Shown piece by piece: positions 38,236-51,519 of a DNA stretch of 64,000 bases. Positions within the stretch are counted from its first letter, which is position 1. Each line of letters starts with the position of its first letter. Location: NCBI GenBank assembly GCA_032718475.1, contig JAUCBJ010007524.1:124001-188000 (forward strand), written 5' to 3'. The notes below the pieces were generated by a model. That model saw only the letters and a program-made list of their open reading frames with translations, was not told the DNA's origin and did not search any database. The DNA comes from Nemertoderma westbladi. Its lineage: Eukaryota > Animalia > Xenacoelomorpha. Both the position numbers and the translations under genes were made by a program.

Positions 38236-39826
38236 TAAACTATTTAACAGTCTGAGTAAGGCAGTTGAGTAAGGGAGGTCATAATTTGATTCACAGTAAC
38301 TATGGAAGCAATGTAGAAAAATACTACAGTTCAGTTTATTTTGTAACACTTATATCGTTTTATCTATTATTAAATAATTAAGTTACTAAAAAGAACCAAT
38401 TTTAGAATAAAAAAAAATTATTCAGTATTATCTCGACCCGTTATTAACCTCTCTAGCGCTGGGATTCAAATCGAGAAGGATGAATTTTGATTGCGTCGAA
38501 ATTCTCCTTATCTTCACAAGGGAGGGGGACGCAGGGACGAGGTCCAACATATGGTGATAGTATATCGAAATTAAACCACGCCCGAAAAACATTAAAGCAA
38601 TGCCCCTTAACCCCGTAAAACTAATACGATAATTGTTTGGGGGGGGGGGGGGGGGGGGGGGTTAGCGCTATAATGACACAGTCAATGAAAACCAATAGTA
38701 ACAGGGCAAGACTTTGTCCAAAATGAATAATTTTTGGTATGAGGGTCAATCGATAACTGAAGGTTGTTAAAACGTTTTTTTTTTGTAATAATAATTTAGT
38801 GCTATTTAGTAGCATAAAATTATTACTATTACCAAAAACACTACTCTTCGTACAAACATTAGTTACATAACTAGTTATTTCGTATTTATAATTAGGATAT
38901 ATGGTTGAATAATTTTTTTTTTTTTTTTTTTTTTTAATGCGATCTAATTTTTGACTAAATATAATCTAAAATAGCGTATAATTATAATCACAAACTTATT
39001 AACTGAAAACGTGAGTTACATTAAAGCAAAACTAAATTACAAGAAACCGGTTAACTACATAATATTGTACAAAGTTCGTATATAGAGGAGCTAAAATTCG
39101 TAAAACATCAAATTCTCTCTCAGAGTAAGAAATACTCTAATACGAACAGACGGTCAATCATCCATCTAATGTTATAAATGTTGAATATGTTGACTATGTT
39201 GAATAATAGTATTGGTCAATTTTTTTTGATATTGATTACTTCCAATTTTATTATCAAATTAATTAATTATTTTCATATTTTTAAAAAAAAATTCCATTAA
39301 AAAAATGTCACATTTCGAAGCCAATATAATTAGTTAGGATCAAATACTATTGGATATAAATTTCATGAAAAAATATAAAAAATTGGCAGAGGAGTAGAAT
39401 TTTAAATTTCGTTGAAATGAAAAAATACCATTCCGAGATAATTGCCTTTTAAATTTGAACTTTCTCGCGCAAAAATTGTCTGTTAATATGGGAGATTGAC
39501 TAGATTGACTCGACTATTAGTGAAAAAACAAAACATTGATCATAGTGATAGTGGCAAATGATTGGTGAAGTTACTGTCTAATATGGTGCAAAATGATGAC
39601 AAATATGATATTGATTGTGATAAAAAAAGGTGCTAACTATTTCATTTGAAGATTTAAACATCAACCATAAATTTGCAAATTTGTATATTGCGTTTTCTAA
39701 AGAAAACAACATCCTTATCTCTAAATGCGTCAATCTTAGGGTATTCAGAATAAATTAAAATGTAATATTTGACACCCTTAATTAAGCATGTGGAGTAACA
39801 CAACATCGAAGTAAATACTCACTCAC

Positions 39827-40136
39827 CCAGCCATGGCTAAACCCAAACAAAGGAACCAATTCAAAGCGCCGGTTTCGTAGTCGATTTTGGTTGTAACACT
39901 GCGGTTGCAATTCGGGCAAAGATATCTAGATGGAGTGTCTTTGAGTTGGTCAGGAGAATAGGCCACAGGTAGAATATCGACAAGAGACACATATGGTGGT
40001 GGATAAGGCATGGTCTGTAGGTTTTCTTCGCTGCACTGGAAACCCGCATTGTATCCATAATGATCATGATCACCATAATGATGCCGAATATCTGTGGTTG
40101 GTGGTTGCTCGCCACCAGTTTGTTGAGCAACCACAC
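39827..40136 (-). CDS. LITAF: LITAF-family gene, coding exon 2 (PPPY motif, CPNC, hydrophobic segment)
   Basis: CAG acceptor 40137-40139, GTGAGT donor 39826-39821; encodes PYPPPY ... CPNCNRSVTTKIDYETGALNWFLCLGLAMAG; phases 1 and 2 match the flanking exons. Confidence 0.9.
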
Positions 40137-42235
40137 CTGAACAATAATAGTATTTGTTATGAATGGATTGTTATGAATTGTTCTAAAGTTATGGCTTGTA
40201 TACAACATACAAACTATTTTTGACCACAAATAAACTTATTTATTTATTGGAATATTACGTAAAATTTAATTTTTTTCTAATAACTCATTACGTTTGTCTC
40301 AGCTCTTGATTAATGGTTAACGCTGTAACTATTTTTTTTGTGCAGAAGGATACTAAGTGAACCCCAATGTGGGTGTAAGCGTCTCCTTATTTCCCCCACC
40401 TCATTTGTTAAACCACAGGAAGTTCAGCAATTATTGAAGGCAGTCACTTTGTGCGCAGTCCACTATAAATAAGATTATCTCGAATCCCACCCTAGAGGTT
40501 CAATACAAATTGATAACATTCTCAGGACTTTATAATCAAAATAAATCAACCAATGAACTGGAATCCTACCAAACATTCATAAATTTCCATATTGTAACAA
40601 TTTAACTTTTCAACTGATTTATAAATACCGCGAGTTTATTTCTTACATTAAATTTCTTACATTAAATTTATCAGAAAAATGCATCTTACCTAGTTTAATT
40701 TTACTTTTTTAATACAGTAGGTATTATAAACGTGTACATTTCTTTTTCTACTTCAATTTTTAGAGTTGCACATTAATTTTACTTCAATTCATAACTGTAA
40801 GTATACATTACGTGTACAATAAATTTGTTGGTTTATTATAGGTTTGTATATTATAGGTTTGCATACTACATGTTGGTATGCTACCCTGATTGGTTACTCA
40901 GCGTCATATTGATTTTTGTTATAATTATATTATTTTATTATATCATAATAGTTAAATTATATAAAATTATAATAATAAATATGGTATTTAGAAGGTAAAA
41001 AAAAATGTACTGGAAAGTGAATTCCTTCAAGGAAATCAACACTGTCCAGGCTAAAGAGTTTCCTAGCCATGATCTCGATGATTCTTTGAACAGAAACCTG
41101 AAATCCCTTAAGGAAGGATCAAAGAGACTCAGCCATCTATCCGTTCACACTGGGACCAAAACTGGTTTGTGTTGCTACAAAAAGTGACACCCTTTTAGAA
41201 ATGCCTGGTTGGCCGGTTCACTTTGCAGTTCTATTCCCAACCACCAGCCAAAAGGCCATATCCAAAATCCCACAAGTCACCTAAAAGGCAAAGCTTAAGA
41301 GAAGCTTTAAGGGCTTACTACTACACTATAATCGGCTTGCTGCATTGAAGCTGCACTTGAAATATGACAAAATAATGACAAAAAAGTGGCTTGACAAAAA
41401 TATTTTTGTATTCTTCACCTGAGTTCCGTAAGTATATATGATCATTGGTCGTACACATGCTCAAGCATACCATTCTTTGAGCTTATGCTCATACAGATAC
41501 AATCAGACATTTCCTGAGGACTTTCAATGTTAACTGTCTAAATTTGATTTTCTTGAGTTAACAAAAAGACCAACATTAGAAGCAGCCTGTTCTAATGAGC
41601 TTGAGCTTGGGAATTGAATAGCATCACATAGAAAAGCATATTATAAGATTAATGTAGGTAGCCAACACATTGTTACTATCAATAATGTAGGTAGGCCAGA
41701 TTAGCTTAGTTTGAGGAAGATTGGCTTTATATCAACAAAATTGCAAATTAGAAGATTCACCAAGCCATCTATGATAATTATGTAGTGTTATGTTATTTCT
41801 TTCTAGCTATTTAATGTAAATATCTAATACCATTATAGCCAGGTTTGGAGAAAATTAGTTAGAATGCACTTTGTTCGAGTAAAGAAAAATTAACTATCCC
41901 ATCTGGAAAAATAAATTAATTAGAAGTAAAAATACTGCAATATTATTTTCTGACGGCGATAATGTTTGTCTATGATAAAATTCTCAGAACGTACTTACAA
42001 TAGTACTTACAAATGTATTCGTTAAGTGTTATACTAATTATTTTTGTATTATTCAGATGGTTCAAATTATCTGAAGGCACTGTTAATGATTATAATGATA
42101 ATTGTTAAAGGTTTTATAATAGTTATATATTTAGCCTTCTCAATAAAGTGGAATTAGTGATATTAAGAAAATATAAATAGTGATATCCAAAGTAAATTGT
42201 ATTATTAATTATTTTATAATTAATGGTTGACTTAC

Positions 42236-42341
42236 GGGTGTGACTTGGACCTATATTGCTGAGTTGCACCATTACTTCTTCATAACTAGGAGGCAAATCG
42301 TCCTTCCTATTTGTTGCAACATTTTGATTCGAAACTGCCAT
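42236..42341 (-). CDS. LITAF: LITAF-family gene, coding exon 1 (MAVSNQ...LPPSYEEV)
   Basis: ATG at 42341, PPSY PY-motif, GTAAGT donor at 42235, phase 1 compatible with exon 2; spliced product is 174 aa. Confidence 0.75.
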
Positions 42342-42879
42342 TGTTTACTTATTAAATTATAATATGGTTTGTTGTGAATGGTTACGTAGAAAGTTTAACC
42401 TTTGATTATAATTGAGACAGCCATATTATATTTATAAAAAATATTTCAATTATTTATTCAAGTAAGTCTCGCTCATATTAAGGAATTATTAGGGAAACAT
42501 ATCAATGAACTAATAGGCAATAAATGTATATCTAATCATAGTAAATCATATTTTGTTCTATTATGAAGTAATTTCATATTATTAAATTATAAAATATTAA
42601 ACATAAATTAATAGGTAAGAAAGTTTGTAAAATATTTTAATAGTATATTTTATTTATATTTCTTTGTGTATTGTTTTGACGATATTCAGGTTCATCAACA
42701 TTATTTTTAGGGATTTATTACAGTTAATTAATCCATTTTAACTCCTAAATTTTTTAATGGTAGTGAGTGTTTTATATGTTATCTAGTATTTTGAACCAAA
42801 TCATGCCACGTTGTAGTCCACCATAGAGAAATTGCTCCTAGAAAATTAAATTGCTTCTAGGTCAGTTTGAGAATTCTTT

Positions 42880-43110
42880 GATCGGTCATTACTGCCACAT
42901 AGTATGATGAAAGCTGCACATATCCGTATAGGAAAGACCAATTTTTGGAGTATGACAGTCTTGTTCTGATTTACATCCACACTTATCATCAGTTATATAC
43001 AGCTGCAGCTGACAATTATATTTTGTCTTACCAAGTGAAAGTGTGATATGTGCTTCTTCCAATATTTGCACTGGTGGAATTAATTTTGTGCTAACAGTTT
43101 TTTCCAACTG
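42880..43110 (-). pseudogene. Possible degenerate DNA-transposon fragment with a CXC-like Cys motif
   Basis: CGCKSEQDC...GLSYTDMC resembles CxCK..C...GL.CTD.C motifs; heavily decayed. Confidence 0.3.
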
Positions 43111-45157
43111 TTTTGTTAGTTTTGGGAGCAGCCCATAGGAATTTCCAAAAAAAGTTTTTTGACCATGCTAATTGTACACTGTATCAAAAATAATAGTCCT
43201 TGACTGTTTTAGTTCAAACAAACTGCGGCAACTTCCTGCACCCACTCATCCGCCAGTTCTCATTGCCAAAATCGAAGTAGTAATTAAAATGCTTATTGCA
43301 AAGACTTACTTTTCATGACAGTTTCGACTGGTCAACCTTACCGGTCCTCTTGACCTCATTGAGTAGCTTTCTGGTGGCATTAGACTCACTTGTCAGTTGT
43401 CACTTGTCACTTTTTACTGACATCTCATCCTCCCCTGCGTTGTATTTGTTGTATGATATATAATATGTGATTGCACTGGTATTTATATGACTGACAGACT
43501 ATTGGACAGGTGGAATTGCAACTACTAAAGTAAAGCTAGCAGTAGAAAACGTTTCACCCTCACTGGGTTAATATGCCAACTGCTGCAAATACATGTACAA
43601 GATTCGGCCTACTGCAACTGATGTCAGCTGAACGAACCATAAACTTGAATTGATAATCACATCAATGGTGGCGCCTTAGAGTTGATCCACCATACGCACT
43701 AGGCTGTTGGATGATATCATGCCACTACCTATCCCCTCGGCCTATATTGGGGTTTGGGCTTGCTGTGAGTGAGCTAATTACCTCGCTTACTAGCCCGATG
43801 TTTCTTCCAGTCAATATTGGTATTGGTAAATTGGCCCCCAACCAAATTTGTAATGGGAGCGCATAGCGGCCTGATTCCGCTAACACCAGCACCAAGAATC
43901 TTAGCGATCAATCTAAGAACAGTATCATGTATGTAGATCATAAAATCAACCATTACAATAAACAAGATATAATATTAATAAGCTGTACCACGAATTTTCT
44001 AGTATTCCTGAGAATTGGCAGTGTTTGTAAAACTTCACCAACTTCACTAATGGAGACATATTTCCCGAGTGGCTAGAGGTGACTTAAACATTGAATCAAA
44101 CAGGTAAATAATATCTCTCTCTTGCTTCTTATATGAAGTAAGAATTAATTTAATTTTATTATCTTTGTTTGATGCTAAGCTTTAGATAGATCTCACTGTA
44201 TGTATTCCATGCTCTATTATTCATGCTCTAATAGTTGTAAGTATATTATATTATCTTTGCATATTTACCAAATTTACCAGGAGACAGAGTCCATGCACTA
44301 ATGTTGCCCATCAAAAATTTTGCAATCAAATACATCATGATTTTCATTATGTTCTTGTGCCAAAGCAGTAAACGAGGTCTGACTTTGTATAGTTAAGTCT
44401 TGTGATGTGATCAGATAGCCTAGACTATCTTGACCACGGATTGAAGAACACAGAGAGATTACCACCACCATGGTTTGGAACGTACTTATCATTCCTGGCA
44501 GATATAATTTGGTGAGCTTTAGGAGTGCTTTTTGATTTAGGTGTCAGGCATTTAGGTTAATGTTAGATTGTATTTTCTATTTACAGAATCCTTCTGAACT
44601 TTAGATCCCATTTCTTATGACCATGTGGGTGGAGTTAAGAGTACTCATTCTCAAAGCTCGTCATAAGTCGGTCTTGTCTAGATATATCCCAAAAAATTAT
44701 CCAACCCCCTGTAAAGCTATCTATTTACCTTTATTTTTGCTTTTTGCTTTTTTGTTTTCATTTGTTTTGGTATGTTGCATAGAATATGTGGTTGTTGCTA
44801 ATAAATTAATGTTCAGTTCTCTTGCGGCACATGTTGCTTTCATCAAAAATATAATATATTCTTAATTTAGTTAACTCAGTTATTTGCTATTAAATACAAA
44901 TTTGCATCGGCTTCATGAATAAAAAAGCATACAATCGCATCTTTTTCTCAGTAGGTTAATCTTATTTGAAGATAAGTCAGTAAGTCAATAATAAGATAGT
45001 CAATATAACTTTGAAACATTTATCAATCAATATGTGTAGTACTTTTATAACATCGTACTATTTAAAAGATTCTGGTAATATTACAGAAATACAATGATTT
45101 GGTTGCATTATTTATTACTTGTGAATTAACTAAAAAAATCACTATTCCTGAGGTATT

Positions 45158-45670
45158 TTGCTTACCGCAGCCTTGAATAGGCTTTCCAGGATTTGGAAGT
45201 CAACGAGAATTAATAGGAAACTTAAGGTCCGATTATTTAGAGCAGAAGTAGTTCCAGTACTCCTCTATGGGAGTCCATGCTGGGCTCTAACTGCTGAGGA
45301 CACCAAATCTCTGGATGGCACATTCACAAGAATGCTACGCCGGGTTCATTGTGTCAAGTACAATGCACACATCTCCAACCAGACACTATATAACATTGGA
45401 GGTGTCTCATTGGTTCCCCTAAGCTTGACACTAGAACAAAGCCGCCTCCGATTTGCAGGACATTGCTTTCGCCGTGAAGACCAGCCAGTGACCAATCTTG
45501 TACTTTGGCAGCCTCATGGTGTGAATATGCATGGTGGACAGCCCATGACTTTCTTGAGACGCATCTTAAAGCACACTGGCCTTGAAGATGCGGATGATCT
45601 AGCAAATGTCATGGGTGATAGGGAGTTATGGCGGCGCAATTTTTTCGACAAGTCGGCACAGCATTCTTAA
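45158..45670 (+). mobile_element. 5'-truncated RTE-clade LINE (post-RT C-terminal region)
   Basis: KVRLFRA.V.PVLLYGS.CW, DGTFTRMLR, RLRFAGHC.R, LVLWQP. Confidence 0.8.
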
Positions 45671-46805
45671 AAATGCAGCTGCAATGCAGCATGCCGATCC
45701 TAGTAGTTGCTTACCGAGCGCCAGTGATGGTAATAAAGAGTCGAGATAATTTTGTAATATAAATGTTGTACGTTTCTTTTATATAATATAGTAGAATAGA
45801 GTGCAGCTCAACAACACATAGCAATAATAGATATTGAGTTCTGTTTTGGATTAGGCCTTGCAGAAACTAAAAATTGTAATAACTTGTATGAATTTTGCTT
45901 GTATGAATAATATATATATATAACATATAATAAAATTAATTGGAAACAGAGAAACAACATGTTCCTACCTTGTTGTTTCTCTGTTTCCAAATAATTTTAC
46001 TTGCTTGATTTTGGTCTGTCAAAAACATAATTCGTTCAACTCAAAATTATATTTAAGAGACCGGATCATGCTGAACATGGTTGTTTAAAATGCCTTCATA
46101 TTATTTTATTTTTATTACAACATATAATATATAACTTGTATGAATTTTGCTCAAATTAAGTGAAAGCCTTTTCTACTTCAATGCTCTTCCAACGCATGTA
46201 ATCAAATTTAAGAAATTCCACTAAACAACTCACTAAAACAACTCACAAAAAACTAAAATCGTCTCCCGATTTTTTCTTCGCCCATCATTCTGGAATGAAG
46301 GCAGTTACGTACAGCACCAATTGATGCGCCAGACAAACTATGCATTTTTTTATGTAAATTTATTTTGGCGTATATATTTGGACGAAAATAAGAATAAAAC
46401 CTATATATTTTATATGTTTGTATTACATGGATTTCTTTGTATCACATTTATTTCATGGGGTTTCAGTTTTTTTCACCACAATAAGTCTTTTGAATTTTAA
46501 TTAATATTAATTTATTAATATGTTGATTAGCAATATTCAACAATATTAGAAACATACGTAGTTTTAAAATAATTATGCAATCTAAAAGCTAATTACATTA
46601 GGAATCAATAACAAAACTGACACATACTGACCTATCATATCGTATATAATATTTGCTTCTTAATAAGCTAATACAAAAGACAAGGAACTACAGAATTTAA
46701 ACTAGAAGTCAAAATAGAACCATCTTAATAAATAAAAATGAGTTAAGACACACCAGTTGCTACTGGCAGTGCAATAAACAATTTTACAGTAATTTATGTA
46801 ACATG

Positions 46806-47239
46806 CTATTTATAAATAATATGGCGAACATCAGTTACTTGTGGATACATGTTGCAGAAATGAATTACTACTTGCTTACCATAATCCCAAGGACCTGTAA
46901 GAATGTTTACCAACACCTGTTGACACAACTTTGACAAAGTGGTTAATGTTAACTGCTGTGTTGTATATCTTGCATTATAACAGGAACAATGCTGAATATG
47001 CTTATTAACTCTGGACCGCATTAATATGCCAAAATATTCAGTGGCCCACCCAAAATTTTTCAATAAATCCTATTGAGATTCAATGAAATTTAAAACACTG
47101 ATAGATTGACCAGGTACTTACTTAGTGGGTAAGTCAGAATGTTTAGTTGTTTCAAACTTTAGTGTTGGACAGAGTGTTCGAATGATATTGAGCACCGCAG
47201 CTATGCTTTGATCGCTTATACGTTGTGAGGATTTCAAAC
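46806..47239 (-). other. Possible spliced fragment of a decayed gene or transposase
   Basis: CAG|...LKSSQRISDQSIAAVLNIIRTLCP...LPT|GTAAGT exon-like segment followed by a short intron-like gap; no firm homology recognised. Confidence 0.25.
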
Positions 47240-48144
47240 CTGAAAAAACATATGATAAATTGTGTTTTTAATAATTTAGTTGAGATATCAACGTTTTAAA
47301 TCTGCTTAAGGCTATTTTATAATTGTTTAACATTCTGGAATATTTTATTTATTTCAGGAGTAGCTATACAATTGATATAAAACATTTTTATCAGGGTAGA
47401 TTCCTCAAGGAAAAAATAAAATATTCCAAATTTTTTTGTCTTTAATTATTATCATTGAATAATTAAAAGGCTTTTGTGGTAGATATAAATGTCCAAATAT
47501 CCCGATATCCAAATACCATTGTCTAAATGTAGTACAATTATTGGAATCCTTCTATATAGATAGCGCCTCAAAAGCGCTGTATATTTCAAATCATCTGAAT
47601 AGTATGATTACACATTAGATACTGACAGGTACAGAGTACTGAAAAAACCAGATACATATAATACAGAAACTTACAAATCATTGGAAAGAAGAAACAACAC
47701 AATACAGAAACCAACAATAAAATATTAAATCCTATTCGTATTAACCAAAACATACAATGAATTAACTGAAATATAAATTATATATATATTTTTCATCACA
47801 TTGTGTCATTGAATGTTATATAGAAATGAAACTGAGGTCACCAAAGATTCAGGAAGCTGACAGCCCATTAAATCAAAAAGCACGACATACTGAATCAAAC
47901 GAACAAAACTTAAAAATGCCAAGGCATATTTGGAGACAGCAATTTAAAGATAACTATATCGACAGCCTAAAAAGCGTCGAAGCTCAATCGGGTTTTTATG
48001 ATGCTATGGATTGCATTTTTGGTGACAAAGATATTGATAAATCGGTAAATATTTTTAATTCAACATTATTAGGAGTAACTAATGATTATTTTTCTTCAAA
48101 AAAAGAGTCGTTTAACACTGAGAAAAGGCAAAACGTAAACACTC

Positions 48145-50390
48145 TGTTACGGTATATGGCGCTGTACCTACATTATGTAATATATTAGTCCGTTATACTG
48201 TACATATATTAGTCCATCATACAGTATAATATATTAGTTCATTATATAGTATCATATATTAGTCCGTGATGCAGTATAATTATTTAGATAAGGCATAACG
48301 CGCAATGACATTTAGATAAGGAAATTGAAACGCCCATATATTTTGAACTCATCCATTTTGTATAGTATGTAGCCCTACCTATGTAATTTTGTAATAGGAT
48401 ATAAGTAGATAGTTCCAGGGTAGCAAGTCCTTGTTGGACCCTGGATATGGGCTTGCCGTTATTAGCCTTGATGGGGCTAGCTACTGGTTTTAATTTCTCT
48501 ATAATTGCGCTAAATTAATATTTGTGCATGGTATTATTAGTACCGCCAAATTAAGCATCGGGAAAATTACCTTTTATGGTGACAATTTGCGATTCCAGGG
48601 AGTAATAGGTTCACAATCCGGCTCTCTTATTGGCCTAACTGCTTCCAGGTTGGTCTAATGATAGCTCGGATTGGGGAGCCAATGAGAGATCGATTGCATC
48701 ACCCTTCTCAAATCACCTATAAATTGGCGTTTTGCCGGCACACCTTCAGTACATGTCACCTTCACCTTATTCCCTTATCACTGTTCAACTATTATTCGAT
48801 GCTTAGTTTTTCTGTGTAAATTACTGCCCTTTTGATTTTCTTGCAATGATTCGCTAATTTGCAATTTCTATTGATTCTTGTTTGTGTTTCTCAATCAATC
48901 CCAACGATTACTGTTAATTACAAATTGGAACTATGATTTCTACCCTTTAGTAAATGGTTCTATGTGATTCCTTTCGACACAATAATCCTACGGGATTTCT
49001 TAGACTGTCAGACTTTGTGATTTGCATGTGCCGCTACGGTAGCTATTCATTCTGATGGAGGGCTAGGGTACCGGTAAGCGCGGCGGGCGCATTGGGGGGT
49101 TAGCGACGACGGGAGTGCGGAGGATTCAAAGATAAGCATCATTGGGGGGATTACTATTGCGTGTGCAAGTTTGCAGCGTAGAGTGGGTCAGGTACGCCGG
49201 TTCAGTAATTAGGGGCTGATGATCCAGATTTTGTCTCTATTTTGTAGTATTAGGGGGACAGGAATCGGGTTAGTTAGGAAGCCTAGATGTAACCGGGAGA
49301 TATCTGCGTGCTTTATGTTGCGAGTTGCGAATTGTGAGCTAAACTGTAGACTATGTCGCAAGCTACGTGCGAACTGTAAGTTGCGAGTTGCGAGTTGCGA
49401 TTGCTATCTGACTGCTGATTGTGAATTGTGCGTTAAGAACTAAATTGGTAAGTATAAACTATAGATTGTTACTCTGATTGGTGTGTTACTAAAGTGTGCC
49501 TAATAAATCACGAATGCTTGGATAGGCGCTCTTTTCCCTTTGATTGATTTCTATTTCTTAGTTTACTGTAATTAATTACTGATTAGGTCGAAAATAATAC
49601 GGTATTTTAGGCTGTTGCTAGTGTAACCCGTTGCGTAATAATTTAGAATTACGCACTCTGGAATACTTAGTAATTAGTACGCCGTTACATATTTGTGACT
49701 GTAATTAATTAGTAAAATTAAGAATTTGTACGCTGCATAGCGGAGGGTAGTTAAGGTAATAATTTAGAGTACCGTACACTATTCACGCTAGGCGGTTATT
49801 TGAATTAGCGGACAAAATTCACATCATAGTATACAGTATACAGCGCGCATCAGTAAATTGCTGGTCTAAAGCCAGCCGCAGATAAGTTTGAGTCCCGAAA
49901 TAAACGCTGCATCAAATTTTGATTATTTTAAATATTCTCACATTCACACATTCCGTTAGGGAACCCCAGTATTGCGATTAGATGCGATTAGATGCGATTA
50001 GAAAGGACGTAGTTGTAAACGCATTTTACAGTAAAATTAGGCTATAAGAATACACTCTGAGTGTCAAATCTCTCACACTCGTTTTAAGTCAGCTTAGGGA
50101 GCCGATTCGGGTTTATTGTTTTGGTTATTCCCGCGTGGCTTATATATTCGAATAGTTAGCTCTCTATTGAGTAATCAGTAGAGAAAGGAACGAGAATTTA
50201 GCAGGAGCTGTAGAAAATTAGGAAATATATTAGCGGACGGCAGATTAGCGCCATCCAACGGTAAGTAGCGGTTTTGTATTTAGCAGCCCTACATCAGCAA
50301 CAAAGCAACAATACGCTCCTGATTGCCCTGTCTAGTAAATAGAGCAGTTTTGTGTCTTTATTGGTTAGGCTGGGTAGTTTGTTCGTAACA
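48145..50390 (+). repeat. 5' LTR of BEL copy B (~2.25 kb; 3' boundary inferred)
   Basis: TGTTACG...CGTAACA 7-bp terminal inverted repeat; the first ~1150 bp are repeated at 62847-64000. Confidence 0.75.
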
Positions 50391-51519
50391 GTAAAGCACG
50401 TTTTGTTTTGCTGTACTGCGTACAGTAAATACGAATTAGATTACTGTATTAGGTACTGTACTGTGTACAGTAAGACAGAGTATTCTTAGGCTGTTAAATT
50501 AGATTACTGTATTCACTGGTCGCGTACAATAGTACAGTAGTATATTAGGCTGATTGCTGTTACTGCGTACAGTAGAAAAGACATTTGTTTTGCTGTACCA
50601 CACACAGTATTCATTAGGCTGTTAGGTTGGTGTACTGTTTTACTTACTGTATTGCGTACAGTGGATATACAGTAGTGCGTTTACTAATCGCAAATACAGC
50701 GGTTCCTTAGGCCGTTAGGGCAGGCCGTAATTAGTATGTTTTTTGAAAATTTTTAGCTAGGTTTGTGAGAATTCAGTTTTGGTCAAAATTATTTGTAATA
50801 AAATCTAGAGTTTTGTACCGGTATGTTAGATAACCGCTTAGTTATTTTATACCATCTGGAGATACATGGCAAGACGGAGCTTCTGAGTTTGGGGTTCGTG
50901 TGGGTCTGCGGGTTCGGTTTGCAATCAGCGAAAAGACTGAAACTTTGGACGCGGACGTGGAATCTCACAGCAAACAAGGTTAGTTGTTCTGTTGGCACCA
51001 TTGTGTTTGTGGAAGCAGTAAAAAATTATCGGTTGTTTAACTGCGAAGGTGAACTCAATTTATTAGTTAGGATAGTTAGGTTTAGCCGACCATGGGTTTT
51101 TGAATCGCTCGAGTTAGAGAGAGAGAGAGAGTCGCAACCCGAAGATGTAGCCACGCGCTAGTGGATACATATAATATTTGAAATTAAAATTGCGTTGATT
51201 AGAGTTATATATGTAAATTTAGAAATATTCGGGTGGCAAGTTTATTTTGAATATTTTGTATTAGATTCAAAAAATTATTTGAGTCATACCAGTATTTAAA
51301 TACTATATAATAACTATAGAATAATATTTTGTTTAAATATTGTACTGGTATTTGCTAAAATTAGATCCTATTAAATTCACAATATTGCCTTGCGAATTTA
51401 TTTTGACATTTTGGACAATTAGATATTTGACAAATAATTTAATCGTATTTCGATTAAATTATATATATATCTCGATCTTTGCGAGATATTTTTGCCGGAA
51501 GGCAAATATTATTTAGACT

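Noticed and set aside
47826-48188. 120-aa ORF running into the LTR
   Set aside because: No recognisable motif; possibly a decayed LINE linker cut by the LTR insertion, but unsupported
50823-51161. ORF MLDNRLV... in the BEL leader, open in both copies (also 4844-5095), plus its antisense ORF
   Set aside because: Differences between copies are mostly non-synonymous (V/I, E/K, V/L, A/V, R/K, A/G) and the stops differ, so there is no coding signature
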